From an uncultured Planctomycetaceae bacterium (GTDB taxonomy: Bacteria > Planctomycetota > Planctomycetia > Pirellulales > PALSA-1355): DNA of 64,000 bases. The notes under the pieces are model-generated. The model was not told the origin of the DNA and searched no databases. It was given only the letters and a program-made list of their open reading frames with translations. Made by a program: the position numbers and the translations under genes. Shown here in pieces: positions 44,787-57,784 of this stretch; the stretch's first letter is position 1; every line of letters begins with the position of its first letter. The stretch lies in the NCBI GenBank assembly GCA_963785305.1, contig CAWAUV010000007.1, positions 1,184,001 through 1,248,000 of the forward strand, given 5' to 3'.

Positions 44787-45809
44787 ACTGCGCAAGAGCT
44801 CACGGACACCGCGCGAGCGCTGGTCGCCGACGACAAGGGGCTGCTGGCAATGGATGAAAGCAACCCGACCTGCAATAAGCGCTTCGCCAAACTGGGCATT
44901 CCCCAGACCGAAGAGGCCCGGCGCGACTATCGGGAGTTGATCATGACCACTCCCGGCCTCGGCGAATTCATCAGCGGCGCGATTCTCTATGACGAGACGT
45001 TCTGGCAAAAAAAGAAAGACGGGACTTCCTTCGTCAAAGTCCTTCAAGACGCCGGCGTGATTCCCGGCATTAAAGTCGACATCGGCGCCAAGGAGCTCGC
45101 GGCTCATCCTGGCGAGAAGATCACCGATGGTCTCGACGGATTGCGCGGCCGGCTCAAGGAGTATTTTCAAAAGGGCGCCCGCTTCGCCAAGTGGCGGGCG
45201 GTGATTTCGCCGGGCGATGGTCTTCCCAGCCGAGGGTGCGTCGAAGGCAACGCGCAAGCGCTCGCTCGCTATGCCGGGTTGTGCCAGGAAGCTGGGATCG
45301 TGCCTGTCGTCGAGCCGGAAGTGCTCATGATCGGCGCCCATGCCATGCAGCGGTGTCGCGAGGTCACGGAAGAAGTCCTGCGAACGGTTTTCGATCAGCT
45401 TTACACGCAGCGCGTGATGCTCGAGGGCATGGTCCTCAAGCCCAACATGGTGCTGCCTGGACTGACTTGCCCTGGGCAAGAAACCGTCGACCAGGTGGCC
45501 GACGCCACGGTGCATTGTATGTTGCGAGCCGTGCCCGCCGCCGTTCCGGCGATCGCCTTTCTATCTGGCGGCCAGTCCGCGGAGCTGGCATCGGCTCGCT
45601 TGAACGCGATGAATGTTCGCTTCAAGTCGCGAATGCCCTGGGCGTTGGCGTTTTCGTTTGCCCGCGCGATTCAACAGCCGGCTCTGGAAGTCTGGCAAGG
45701 CAAGGCGGCGAACGCGCGGGCGGCGCAGCAAGCTCTGTTTCATCGTGCCCGTTGCAACAGGGCGGCTCGGCGTGGCGAATACAAGGCCGCGATGGAGCGT
45801 GATCGGTAG
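44783..45809 (+). CDS. class I fructose-bisphosphate aldolase (animal/plant-type family); frameshift near 44790
   Basis: [41 protein letters not shown] overlap with xfp. Confidence 0.92.
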
Positions 45810-45880
45810 CGCGAGCGGAGCCGCGCCGCCGATGCTCCGTCGCATGTCTCCACGACGACTCAACCCAACGGAAATCAGCC

Positions 45881-46664
45881 ATGCGTCGAAAATTCATCGT
45901 CGGCAACTGGAAGATGCACACCAACACGGCCGAGGCCGAAAAGTTGGCCAAGGGCATTGCCGATGGCATGGACATTCAAGACGGCGTTTCCGTCGCGGTT
46001 TGTCCGCCGTTTCCCTATCTCGCCCTTGTTGGAGAGATTCTCAAGAACAGCCGCGTCGCGCTGGGGGCCCAAAATCTCTTTCCCGAAAACGAGGGCGCTT
46101 TCACCGGCGAGGTAAGCCCCGCGATGCTCCTCGATCTCGGCTGCAAATACGTGATCCTCGGACATAGCGAGCGGCGGCAAAAACTGGGCGAATCCGATAC
46201 ATTCATCAACCAAAAGGTTCGGTTCGCCCTCGCCGCCGGCCTGCACGTGATCCTCTGCGTCGGCGAGACCCTGGAGCAACGGAAGGCCAACCAGACCGAA
46301 ACGGTGCTCGACCTGCAAGTCACGCGGGGATTGGCCGGCGTGTCGGCCGCGACGTTGCCCCGCTTGAGCCTTGCCTACGAGCCGCTCTGGGCGATCGGCG
46401 AGCACGGACAACACGCCACGCCTCGGCAGGCGCGGGATTCGCACACCATCATTCGCCGCTGCTTTAGTCGGATTTTTGATGAGCAATCGGCGCGGCGCTT
46501 GTCATCCAGTACGGAGGCAGCGTCAAACCAGAGAACGCCGCGGCGCTGCTTGGCGGCAACGGCATCGATGGCGCCCTGGTCGGCGGCGCCAGCCTAAATG
46601 CCGAACCATTCCTGGCCATCATACGAGCCGGCGCCAGCGCGTCGCAAACCGCGGGAGAACCCGG

Positions 46665-46668
<4 letters not shown>
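45881..46668 (+). CDS. tpiA: triosephosphate isomerase; frameshift near 46495
   Basis: [34 protein letters not shown]. Confidence 0.95.
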
Positions 46669-48292
<1,624 letters not shown>

Positions 48293-48369
48293 ACCAGATC
48301 AAGACATCACGAAGCGTGATCGCTTCGGATCGATGAACGAACCCGATAGAAAGGTCACGGGATAATTCC

Positions 48370-51162
48370 ATGACGGCGCCCGAACACGCAACCGATAATA
48401 AGCCCGGGCAGAAGCCCGCGGCGAAGGACGATTTGAAAACCTTGCCCATGGCGGAGGTGGAGAAGAAATTGAACTCGTCGCCCGATGGCCTCACCGATGC
48501 CGAGGCGAAGAAACGGCTGGCGCAATATGGCCCCAACGAGCTCAAATCAAAGAAGACCAATCTGCTCCTGAAATTCCTCGGCTACTTTTGGGGTCCCATC
48601 CCGTGGATGATTGAAGCGGCGGTGATCCTTTCGGGGGTGGCCCAGCATTGGTCCGACTTCGGCATCATCCTCCTTCTGCTGTTTACCAACGCCATAGTCG
48701 GATTCTGGGAGGAACGCCAGGCGGGCAACGAGATCGCTGCCCTGAAGGCGAAGCTGGCGATCAAGGCCAGGGTCCAACGGGATGGGAAGTGGATCAACCC
48801 GCCGGCGCGTGAGCTGGTGCCGGGCGACGTCATCCGTCTGCGGCTGGGCGACATCGTGCCGGCCGACGCGCGCTTGCTGGACGGCGACGAGGTGTCGGTC
48901 GATCAGTCCGCGCTGACGGGCGAGTCATTGCCCGCCACGCGAAAACCCGGCCAAGCGGTATTTTCCGGTTCCATCATGCGTCGTGGTGAAATCGGCGCAC
49001 TGGTCTATGCCACGGGCGCCGACACCTACTTCGGCAAGACGGCACAACTGGCGCAGGAGGCGCAATCCGTCAGCCATTTTCAAAAGGCCGTGCTGAAGAT
49101 CGGCAATTACCTGATCGTCCTCGCGGCAGTGCTCGTTTCGGTGATTATTGCCGTCGCGATCTACCGGGGCGATCCGATCCTCGACACGTTACAGTTCGCC
49201 CTGGTACTGACCGTGGCCGCGATTCCCGTGGCGATGCCGACGGTCTTGTCGGTGACGATGGCTGTCGGCGCGCGCCTGCTCGCCAAGAAAAAGGCGGTTG
49301 TGAGCCGGTTGGTGGCCATCGAGGAATTGGCGGGCGTCGACGTGCTGTGCGCGGACAAGACCGGCACGCTGACGCAGAACAAGCTGACGCTAGGCGATCC
49401 GTTCACCGTTAACGGCATCTCCGCCGACAAGGTCATTCTTGCCGGCGCCCTGGCTTCGCGCAAGGATGACAACGACACCATTGATCTAGCCGTCCTGGGC
49501 GGCGTGAAGGACGACACGACCTTGAAGGGCTATACCGCGGTTCATTTTGTGCCGTTCGACCCGGTTCATAAGCGCACGGAAGCCACCGTCAAGGGCGCGG
49601 ATGGAAAGGAGTTCAAGGTAACCAAGGGTGCGCCTCAGGTAATTGTGGCACTGGCGGCCAATGCCGGACAGGTGAAGCCCGCCGTCGACAAGGCGGTCAA
49701 TGACTTCGCCGCGCGCGGCTTTCGTTCCTTGGGAGTGGCGCGGGACGACGGAGACGGGAAATGGCAATTTCTCGGTGTGTTGCCGCTTTTCGATCCGCCG
49801 CGTGACGACGCCAAGTCAACCGTCGCGGAGGCTGGCAAGATGGGCGTCAAGGTCAAGATGGTCACGGGCGATCAGTTGGCCATCGCCAAGGAGACCGCCA
49901 AGAAGTTGGACATGGGCGCCAATATCCTCGATGCCGCGAGTTTGGGCGACTCGAAGAAGGAAGAGACCGCGAAGGTGGGCGAGTCCATCGAGAAAGCCGA
50001 CGGTTTCGCCCAGGTGTTCCCCGAACACAAATTCCACATTATCGACGTTCTGCAAAAACGCGGCCACTTCGTCGGCATGACGGGCGACGGCGTGAATGAC
50101 GCCCCCGCACTGAAGAAGGCCGACTGCGGCATCGCTGTTTCCAGCGCGACGGACGCGGCCCGCGCGGCGGCATCCATCGTGCTGCTCACGCCCGGCCTGT
50201 CGGTGATCATCGACGCAATCAAGGAGAGTCGGAAGATTGTCCAGCGGATGAACAGCTATGCGATCTACCGCATCGCCGAAACGCTGCGCGTGCTGCTCTT
50301 CATGACGCTGGCGATCCTGATCTTCAACTTCTATCCAGTGACCGCGATCATGATCGTGATGATCGCGTTGCTCAACGACGGCGCCATCCTATCCATCGCC
50401 TATGACAACGTTCATTACAAGATGAAGCCCGAGGCTTGGAACATGCGCCTGGTGCTGGCCATTTCCACGGTGCTGGGTCTGGTCGGCCCCGTGGCCGCGT
50501 TTGTCCTGTTCTACCTTGGCGATAAGAATATCCTTGGGGGCTTCCTCCCCCGGATCGACCGCGCGGTCATCCAGACACTGATGTACCTGATGCTGTCCGT
50601 GGCCGGACACCTGACGATATTCCTGACGCGCATGCGCGGCCCCTTCTGGTCCATAGCCCCCGCGCCGATCCTGTGGATTGCGGTTTTCGGCACGCAGACC
50701 GTTGCGACCCTGATTGCGCTTTTTGGCTTCGGGCTTATGGAACCACTCCCCTGGAAATGGGCACTGTTCGTGTGGGTGTATGCTCTGTCCTGGGCCCTCG
50801 TGACAGACCAGGTGAAACTCCTCGGCTATCGGATTTTGGATTACACCAATGCGCAGGCCACGTCGGAAGCCAGAGCCACGCGTAAGACCGAAGGCAAAAC
50901 CAAGGCCAACTCGGACACCAAAAACGACGCTAAGCCTGACGCTAAGGCCGCTCCGAAGCCCGAAGCCAAAGCCGAGGCGAATCCAGATGGCAAGGCCGAA
51001 CCGAAGCCAGAAGCCAAAGCCGAGGACTCGTCCGATTTGACGCCGCGGATCGCCGCGCGGGCCTACGATCTCTTCGAGCAGCGAGTCCATGGTCAAAGCC
51101 AAGCGGATCAAGATTGGCTCTCGGCGGAGCGAGAGACTCGGGGAAAGCCGACTCTCAAGTAG
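48370..51162 (+). CDS. P3A-type proton-efflux P-type ATPase with DUF2934-like tail
   Basis: FWGPIPWMIE, TGES, AIPVAMP, DKTGT, KGAP, GDGVNDAP, LNDG. Confidence 0.92.
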   Translation: MTAPEHATDNKPGQKPAAKDDLKTLPMAEVEKKLNSSPDGLTDAEAKKRLAQYGPNELKSKKTNLLLKFLGYFWGPIPWMIEAAVILSGVAQHWSDFGIILLLLFTNAIVGFWEERQAGNEIAALKAKLAIKARVQRDGKWINPPARELVPGDVIRLRLGDIVPADARLLDGDEVSVDQSALTGESLPATRKPGQAVFSGSIMRRGEIGALVYATGADTYFGKTAQLAQEAQSVSHFQKAVLKIGNYLIVLAAVLVSVIIAVAIYRGDPILDTLQFALVLTVAAIPVAMPTVLSVTMAVGARLLAKKKAVVSRLVAIEELAGVDVLCADKTGTLTQNKLTLGDPFTVNGISADKVILAGALASRKDDNDTIDLAVLGGVKDDTTLKGYTAVHFVPFDPVHKRTEATVKGADGKEFKVTKGAPQVIVALAANAGQVKPAVDKAVNDFAARGFRSLGVARDDGDGKWQFLGVLPLFDPPRDDAKSTVAEAGKMGVKVKMVTGDQLAIAKETAKKLDMGANILDAASLGDSKKEETAKVGESIEKADGFAQVFPEHKFHIIDVLQKRGHFVGMTGDGVNDAPALKKADCGIAVSSATDAARAAASIVLLTPGLSVIIDAIKESRKIVQRMNSYAIYRIAETLRVLLFMTLAILIFNFYPVTAIMIVMIALLNDGAILSIAYDNVHYKMKPEAWNMRLVLAISTVLGLVGPVAAFVLFYLGDKNILGGFLPRIDRAVIQTLMYLMLSVAGHLTIFLTRMRGPFWSIAPAPILWIAVFGTQTVATLIALFGFGLMEPLPWKWALFVWVYALSWALVTDQVKLLGYRILDYTNAQATSEARATRKTEGKTKANSDTKNDAKPDAKAAPKPEAKAEANPDGKAEPKPEAKAEDSSDLTPRIAARAYDLFEQRVHGQSQADQDWLSAERETRGKPTLK

Positions 51163-51269
51163 TCCGCGAATCGAGTTGCAAACCGTCGCGAATCAAACGG
51201 ACATACGGACCGCGAATTTAAAGCCATCGACCTAAACCACCAGCCAATACTCTTTTAAGGAATGATTTC

Positions 51270-51666
51270 ATGAAGAAAAAAGAACGAGCCGATTTCGAGG
51301 CGCGTTTGCTCGATGTCCGTAAACGGCTGCTGCGGGAGGTCGAAATGGCCGAAGAAGCCCTCCGCGAGGACGTGGTGAAGCCGGGCGACATAACGAGCGT
51401 GCCCACGCATCCGGCCGACCAAGACGTTGAGGGATTGGACGCCGAAATTGCGATTGCTCGCAACGAAGAGTTTCTGCTGGAGCAGGTAGACGCGGCCTTG
51501 GAGCGAATGCGGGCCGGAAGGTTCGGGGTTTGCGCGGTGCGGACAAACCATCGATCACGAGCGCCTCCAGGCGGTTCCCTATGCGTCGCATTGCATTGAT
51601 TGCGCCCGCGTCCAGAACGACGAAGTCGAAAAACCGGCGCGCGGCGAACCGCGACGCTTCCGCTGA
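51270..51666 (+). CDS. DksA/TraR family C4 zinc-finger protein; frameshift near 51535
   Basis: PTHPAD, ALERM...FGVC, then ERLQAVPYASHCIDC. Confidence 0.88.
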
Positions 51667-51789
51667 GCTTGCGCGAGCGCCGGTCGGCGGGACGGCGTGG
51701 ACGGAGGCGACGCCGCAGCGTCTGGGCCTGGGCTCGACCTCGCGGCCGCTCGGCGAGGGCCGGCGGCCGTAGCGAAAATCGTCCTGGCC

Positions 51790-52054
51790 CGAGATTACCA
51801 TGCGACCGGCCTGGGAAGCCGGTTTCTCGACGATCCGCGGCACACGCTGGCGGCCGATTGAAAAGTGAGCCACAACGCTTCCGAACGCTCGAAACGCTGC
51901 CCGAGGGCCAGCCCTATCGCCGAGCGTTGCTGACGGTCTCTTCCGCTATGCCGTTGTCTTCGAGATGCTCGCCGACGAAATCCTGGTCATCGCAATCTGT
52001 CATACCAGCCGCGAGCCGAATTACTGGCTGTCTCGGCATGAGACCGATTCTTGA
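51790..52054 (+). pseudogene. ParE/RelE-like toxin relic
   Basis: Fragments GLGSRFLDD, YRRALL, RYAVVFE...ILVIAICHTSREPNYW in different frames; no start or antitoxin seen. Confidence 0.6.
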
Positions 52055-52328
52055 ATCCTTAATAAACCCCTCGCAGCCGATCAATCGGCATCCCCTGTTT
52101 AATCAGGAGTGTCCATATTTCATGACGCGTTTTGCGTTTCTGTGCCATGAAGAGGAAGGGAGCGTGCGAGACGTAATAGAACGACACGATACGATGCCGC
52201 TTGCAAAGGTACATCCGCTTCTTTTCCCTCTGTTGATCTGCAGTGAGCCCGCATGGGTGTTTCCGATGGATGCTTTGTGAGGTGGACCCCGTTTTTCGGA
52301 CCACGGGGGCGGGTTTCTTAGATGGTGG

Positions 52329-53168
52329 TCAGCGAGGCGTTCGACGATTGCCGCGGTAGGTTTCCCAGGGCGTGCGGTTGGCCAGGCCCTGGTGAGGTCG
52401 CTCGTGGCAGTAATAGTTAAAGTACGCGCTCAGTCCTTCATGACAATCGGTTCCCGTCGTGTACTCCTTGAGGTAGATGTTCTCGTATTTCACCGTTCGC
52501 CATAGCCGCTCGATCATCACGTTGTCGATGGCTCGGCCTTTGCCGTCCATGCTGATGGCGATCGACTCCCGCTGCAGCCGCTCGGTAAATTGTCCGCTGG
52601 TGAACTGCGAGCCCTGGTCGGTGTTGAATATCTCCGGCCGTCCATGACGGAGCGCTCCTTCCAACGCTTCCAGACAGAACTCGACATCCATGCTGTTCGA
52701 CAACTGCCAGGCCAGCACATAGCGGCTGAACCAATCCATCACGGCCGTCAGGTACAAGTAGCCACGCCGCATCGGCACATAGGTGATGTCGCAGGCCCAG
52801 ACCTGGTTCGGACGCACGATCTCCACGCCTCGCAACAAATACGGATAGACCTTGTGGCCAGCGGCCCGCCGGGTCGTGTTCGGCCGCGGGGCCAGCGACT
52901 GCAGGCCCATTTTCCGCAGCAATCGCTGCATTTTCTTGCGATTCACCACCTCGTCTTGTCGCGCCAGATGCAGCACCATGCCCCGGCTTCCCAGATGCGG
53001 ATGCCGCAAATATTCTTCATCGATCAGACGCATCAACCGTAGCTCGTCGGCGCTCTCGGGTACGGGCTCGTAATAGAGGTTCGACCGATGAAGTCCCAAC
53101 AGCTCGCACTGCCGACGCACGCTCAAGCCGCCGGCGTCGGGCTCGATCCAGCTTCGCCGCTCAGCCAC
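52329..53168 (-). CDS. IS3 transposase OrfB (DDE)
   Basis: PNQVWACDITY, NTDQGSQF, DNVMIERLWRTVKYE. Confidence 0.95.
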   Translation of the reverse strand: MAERRSWIEPDAGGLSVRRQCELLGLHRSNLYYEPVPESADELRLMRLIDEEYLRHPHLGSRGMVLHLARQDEVVNRKKMQRLLRKMGLQSLAPRPNTTRRAAGHKVYPYLLRGVEIVRPNQVWACDITYVPMRRGYLYLTAVMDWFSRYVLAWQLSNSMDVEFCLEALEGALRHGRPEIFNTDQGSQFTSGQFTERLQRESIAISMDGKGRAIDNVMIERLWRTVKYENIYLKEYTTGTDCHEGLSAYFNYYCHERPHQGLANRTPWETYRGNRRTPR

Positions 53169-53454
53169 CGTTCTCGGCCACTTTTTTTTTGAGCCAATCC
53201 AGTTCGATCTTCAGCCGACCGATCTGCTCGTAAAGCTCCGCTGCGCTCGGCTCGTCCGTCGGCGCCTTCTTCGCCGAGGGCGACTCGAACACGCCCGCCG
53301 CTCCCTCCTGGAGCTGCTTCTTCCAGAGCGCGATCTGCGTCGGATGCACCTTGTGCAACGCCGCCAGCTCACTCACCGTCTTCAGGCCACGCATCGCATC
53401 CAAGGCAACCTTGGCCTTGAAAGACCCATCGAACAATCGTCGCTTCCGAGGCAT
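53161..53454 (-). CDS. IS3 transposase OrfA (HTH)
   Basis: FKAKVALDA, VHPTQIALWKKQ, LYEQIGRLKIELDWLKKK. Confidence 0.95.
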   Translation of the reverse strand: MPRKRRLFDGSFKAKVALDAMRGLKTVSELAALHKVHPTQIALWKKQLQEGAAGVFESPSAKKAPTDEPSAAELYEQIGRLKIELDWLKKKVAENGG

Positions 53455-53858
53455 CGTTGCTCTCCTAAATGGTTCCCTCCACGAGGCCTCCTTTCTCCCC
53501 GATCCGCCGCCCGCTTTCCATCTATCCCCGTGGTCCGAAAAACGGGATCCACCTCATTGGTCGAAATAGATCATGTACTCCGGTTTAAGTTTTTTGTTGA
53601 TCTTGGCAATGCATCGCAATGGCGCATGGGTAAACGACGCCTTCACATTTTCAGCATCGGGTATGCCTGTGTCGGGGTCGAGTAACAGGCCGTACTTCGT
53701 CTTGGGGAGGTGATCGAGGTCTAGAACGGGGATGGTCGTCAGCTTTGTAAAGCGGTTATGCGACGACGGTCGAATGAATTTCGGGTGGAAGTACAACGGG
53801 GCCACGCACCTAAGCTGCTCTCGCCAGAAACGCTTCACCAAGTCGTACGAGTCGCCCA

Positions 53859-53909
53859 AATACGCGTCTTTCATTAATACGCGTCTTTCATTAATACGCG
53901 TCTTTCATT
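53859..53909 (-). repeat. 3 x 17 bp perfect tandem repeat spanning a start codon
   Basis: AATACGCGTCTTTCATT at 53859, 53876 and 53893. Confidence 0.95.
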
Positions 53910-54045
53910 GCGCGCCCCCGTACGTTTCTTCGCTCGCGTCACCTAAATAGGAATTCGGCCATAAAACGGGCGAGTCCCAGCGAAAATTTTAAGGGGTCGG
54001 TTTCCATCTGCATTGCTCCGCGAAAAATCTCGTTTGCGGCAGCAG

Positions 54046-54113
54046 GCCCTCGCTCATGCGTCGGGTTGTGATCGGAGGGCGTTCCCGTCATAACCCGAAG
54101 CGTCAGCGAGGGC
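54046..54113. repeat. REP-like inverted repeat pair
   Basis: GCCCTCGCTCATGCGTCGGGTTGTGA ... TCATAACCCGAAGCGTCAGCGAGGGC (22/26 match). Confidence 0.7.
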
Positions 54114-54293
54114 TTCCGTGATCCGCCGAGCGCAATGCGTCCAGACGCCGTCTGCATTCAAAACGCACGAGCTGAAAACGTACACCAACCCGGCCGCGGC
54201 GTGAATATTCCCTCACGGCCCCATCACGCTGCTCCGGCCGATTCGCTGGTTCCCGCGGCGAGTCGTCTTTACGCGCCGGGCGTGGCGCTTTAG

Positions 54294-54782
<489 letters not shown>

Positions 54783-54841
54783 CTGACACCCTGACCCGGC
54801 GCCCGACCACTCCCCCAACCAGCCCTTTGCTTCGGAGCATC

Positions 54842-57540
54842 ATGACCACGTCTTCCTCGCTGCGGCCGGGCCTGTTGGCCGCTCGACAACGCTTGGCCGA
54901 AGGCCGATCGCAAATCCGCCTGCAACACGACTCGGGCTCCCCCGGCGTGCAAGTCTGCGCCCGATTGACGGAACTGGTCGACGGCATCGTGCTCGAAATC
55001 TTCGAGGCCGCCATGGCCTCGCTGATCCAAGAAGGACTGGCGCCCGCGGCCGGCGACGTGGCGATCGTGGCCCATGGAGGCTACGGGCGCCGCGACCTCG
55101 CGCCGGGCTCCGACGTGGACCTGATGATCGTGCATCAATGCGCGAGCGAGGCCGAAATCGCGCCCCTGGCCAAACGCATGATCGGCGATCTGTTCGACGC
55201 CGGGCTCGAACCTTCGCAGAGTGTGCGCACCGTGAACGAGGCCTGCGAACTGGCGCTGCGCGACCCGACGATCGCCACCTCGTTGATCGAGTCGCGCTGT
55301 CTGGCTGGCGGCGACCGGTTGTATCAACATTATCAGCAGCGGTTCCAGCGGCAGATTCGCACCCATGCCGGCGCCCTGCTCGCCTCGATCGACAAAAGCC
55401 GCCGCGCCGAGCGCTCGCAATACGGCGAATCGCTTTATTTGCTCGAGCCCAACATCAAGCGCTCGCGCGGCGGACTGCGCGATATTCAACTGCTTCGCTG
55501 GGTCGGCTATGTGCGCTACGGCATGGCCGAGCCCGACGACTTGCACATGTTCGGCGTGCTGCCGAAAAGCGAACATCGCGTCGTGCAGCGGGCGCGCGAG
55601 TTTTTGCTCCGGCTGCGCAACGAGCTCCATTTCTCCACCGGCAAGGCCACCGACGCGCTCGACCGCGACGAGCAACTCCGCATCGCCGAGCTCTACGGCT
55701 ACTCGGGCGCCGGCGCGATATTGCCGGTCGAGCAGTTCATGCAGGATTACTTCAAACACACGAAGGCGGTGCGCGCGCTCGTGGCCGAATTCGTCGAAAG
55801 CGCTCGGCCGCGGGCCGCCTGGAGCCGATTCTTCGGCCGGCTGGTGAGTTTTCGAGTCGATGGCGTGTATCGCGTGGGGCCGAGCAGCATCGCGGCGACG
55901 CCCGCCGGGCTGGCGCGATTGCAAACCGATTTGAGCGAGGTGCTGCGGCTCGCGAGCTTGGCCAGCATGCACGACAAACGCATCGACCAAGCGACCTGGG
56001 AAGCGGTGCGCTCGAGCGCCGCCTCGCTTCCCGACGAAGCGAACTTGCAAACCGCCGAACGTTTTTTGGCCCTGCTCTCGCAGCCCACGCGGCTGGGCCC
56101 CCTGCTCCACCGATTGCATGAACTGGGTGTGCTCGAAAAGATCATTCCGCAGTTCGCCCATGCCCGCTGTCTCTTGCAGTTCAATCAATATCACAAGTAC
56201 ACGGTCGACGAGCACTGCCTGCTGGCGGTCGAACACGCCACGAAGTTCATCGGCGATCCCGGCATGTTGGGCGCGTGTATCGCGGCATCAAGCAAAAGCG
56301 AACATTGCACTTGGCCCTCTTGATTCACGACCTGGGCAAGGGGTTCGTCGAGGACCATAGCGAAGTCGGCCGCCGCATCGCCGAGGATGTCGGCCGCCGG
56401 CTCCGCTTGCCGCTGCGCGAACTCGAACTGCTCAAGTTTCTCGTCCACAAGCATCTGATGATGGGCCACCTCGCCTTTCGCCGCGACACGGGCGACGATC
56501 AACTCCTGGTGCGGTTCGCCGTCGAGGTCGGGTCGCCCGAGGCGCTCGATATGCTCTTCGTGCTCACGGCGGCCGACTTCGACGCGGTCGGACCGGGCGT
56601 GTGGAACGATTGGAAAGCCGATGTGCTGACGGACCTCTATCGCCGCGTGCGGCGGCGCCTCGTGGCCGACGCGCCACTGAGCGACACCGCCGAGCGGCTG
56701 CACCAGAAACGCGAAGCGCTCCGCGAACTCCTGGCCTCCGAGCCCGATAGCGCTTGGTATGAGCGGCACATCATCTCGCTGCCCGCGGCCTATCTGACCA
56801 GCTCGTCCACCGAAAAAATCGCCGAGGAGCTCAAGACCTTGCATGGGCTCAATCCCGGCGATGTGCGCGCGCGTTCGGCTCCTGGCTCACGCAGAGCCGG
56901 GCGATGGAATTCGTCGTCACGACGCAGGCCGGCCCCGAGGCGCAGGAAATCCAGGCCCACGGCCAAGCCATGGAGTTCGTCGTGGGCACGCACGAGGAAA
57001 TCATGCCCGGCGTGTTCCATCGCCTGACCGGCGCGCTATCGAGCCAAGGATTGGAAATCCTTTCAGCCACCATCAACACGCTGGCCGATGGTCTGGTGCT
57101 CGATCGGTTCTACGTGCATGATCCCGATTTCGCGGGCGAGCCATCGGCCGAACGCATCGCCGCCGTGAAACAAGCCCTGATCGACTCGCTGCGCGGCGCC
57201 CAGCGAGCGACCGGTCTTTCGCAAGCTGTGGCAATCCGGCGGCGCGAAGACGGCGGTCGCGAGTCCGCCGCGGGTGTCGATCGACAACAGCAGTTCCGAT
57301 GTGTTTACGATTCTCGATATCATGGCCACCGATCGGTTGGGCTTGCTCTACACCATCGCCCGCGCGTTGTTCGAACTGGGTCTGAGCGTGTCGCGAGCCA
57401 AGATCGGCACCTATGCCGATCAGGTGGTCGACGTGTTTTACGTGACCGACAAGGCCGGCGAAAAAATTCAAGACGAGCAGCGGCTCGAAGAGATCACGGC
57501 CAAACTCCTGGAGTCGATCGCCGCGCTCGACAAGAGCTAG
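54842..57540 (+). CDS. glnD: [protein-PII] uridylyltransferase; frameshifts near 56270, 56870 and 57200
   Basis: GGYGRRDLAPGSDVDL, EPNIK..RGGLRD, YHKYTVDEH, HDLGKG, two ACT domains. Confidence 0.94.
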
Positions 57541-57630
57541 CGCTTTGGCATCGTTGAAATGACGGGTTCGATTCGTTTCGCGGCGCCATGCCCACGGCCC
57601 CGGGCGGGCATGAGAATCTCGCGTTGCGCT
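57537..57630 (+). mobile_element. diverged partial copy of the 153 bp MITE
   Basis: CTAG...TTGAAATGACGGGTT...GGCGCCATGCCCACGGCCC...GGCATGAG, colinear with copy 1; starts at the glnD TAG. Confidence 0.65.
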
Positions 57631-57784
57631 TGAAAACATCCCTCGAGGGTCGCGGGCATGTCGCCTCGCGCAAACCGGGTTATTCGTCATGTCCGCCCTG
57701 AGAGAGCACGAGCGCGGCGGCGATTTCTCGCGCCGGCGCGTGAGCGAGGGCCACCGAATATTCGGCTATGCTTCGCCACCGCGA

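Larger units (their letters stand above)
52278..53556 (-). mobile_element. IS3-family insertion sequence, 1279 bp
   Basis: TG...CA ends, 31 bp TIRs with 1 mismatch (TGAGGTGGA[C/T]CCCGTTTTTCGGACCACGGGG), 3 bp TTG target duplication. Confidence 0.96.
52059..53874 (-). pseudogene. low-GC hypothetical gene (~178 aa) interrupted by IS3
   Basis: Removing the IS and one TTG copy rejoins ...YMIYFDQ|SIHRKH... in frame. Confidence 0.8.

Noticed and set aside
57560..57580. GGTTCGATTC as a tRNA T-loop
   Set aside because: No cloverleaf; it lies within the diverged MITE copy
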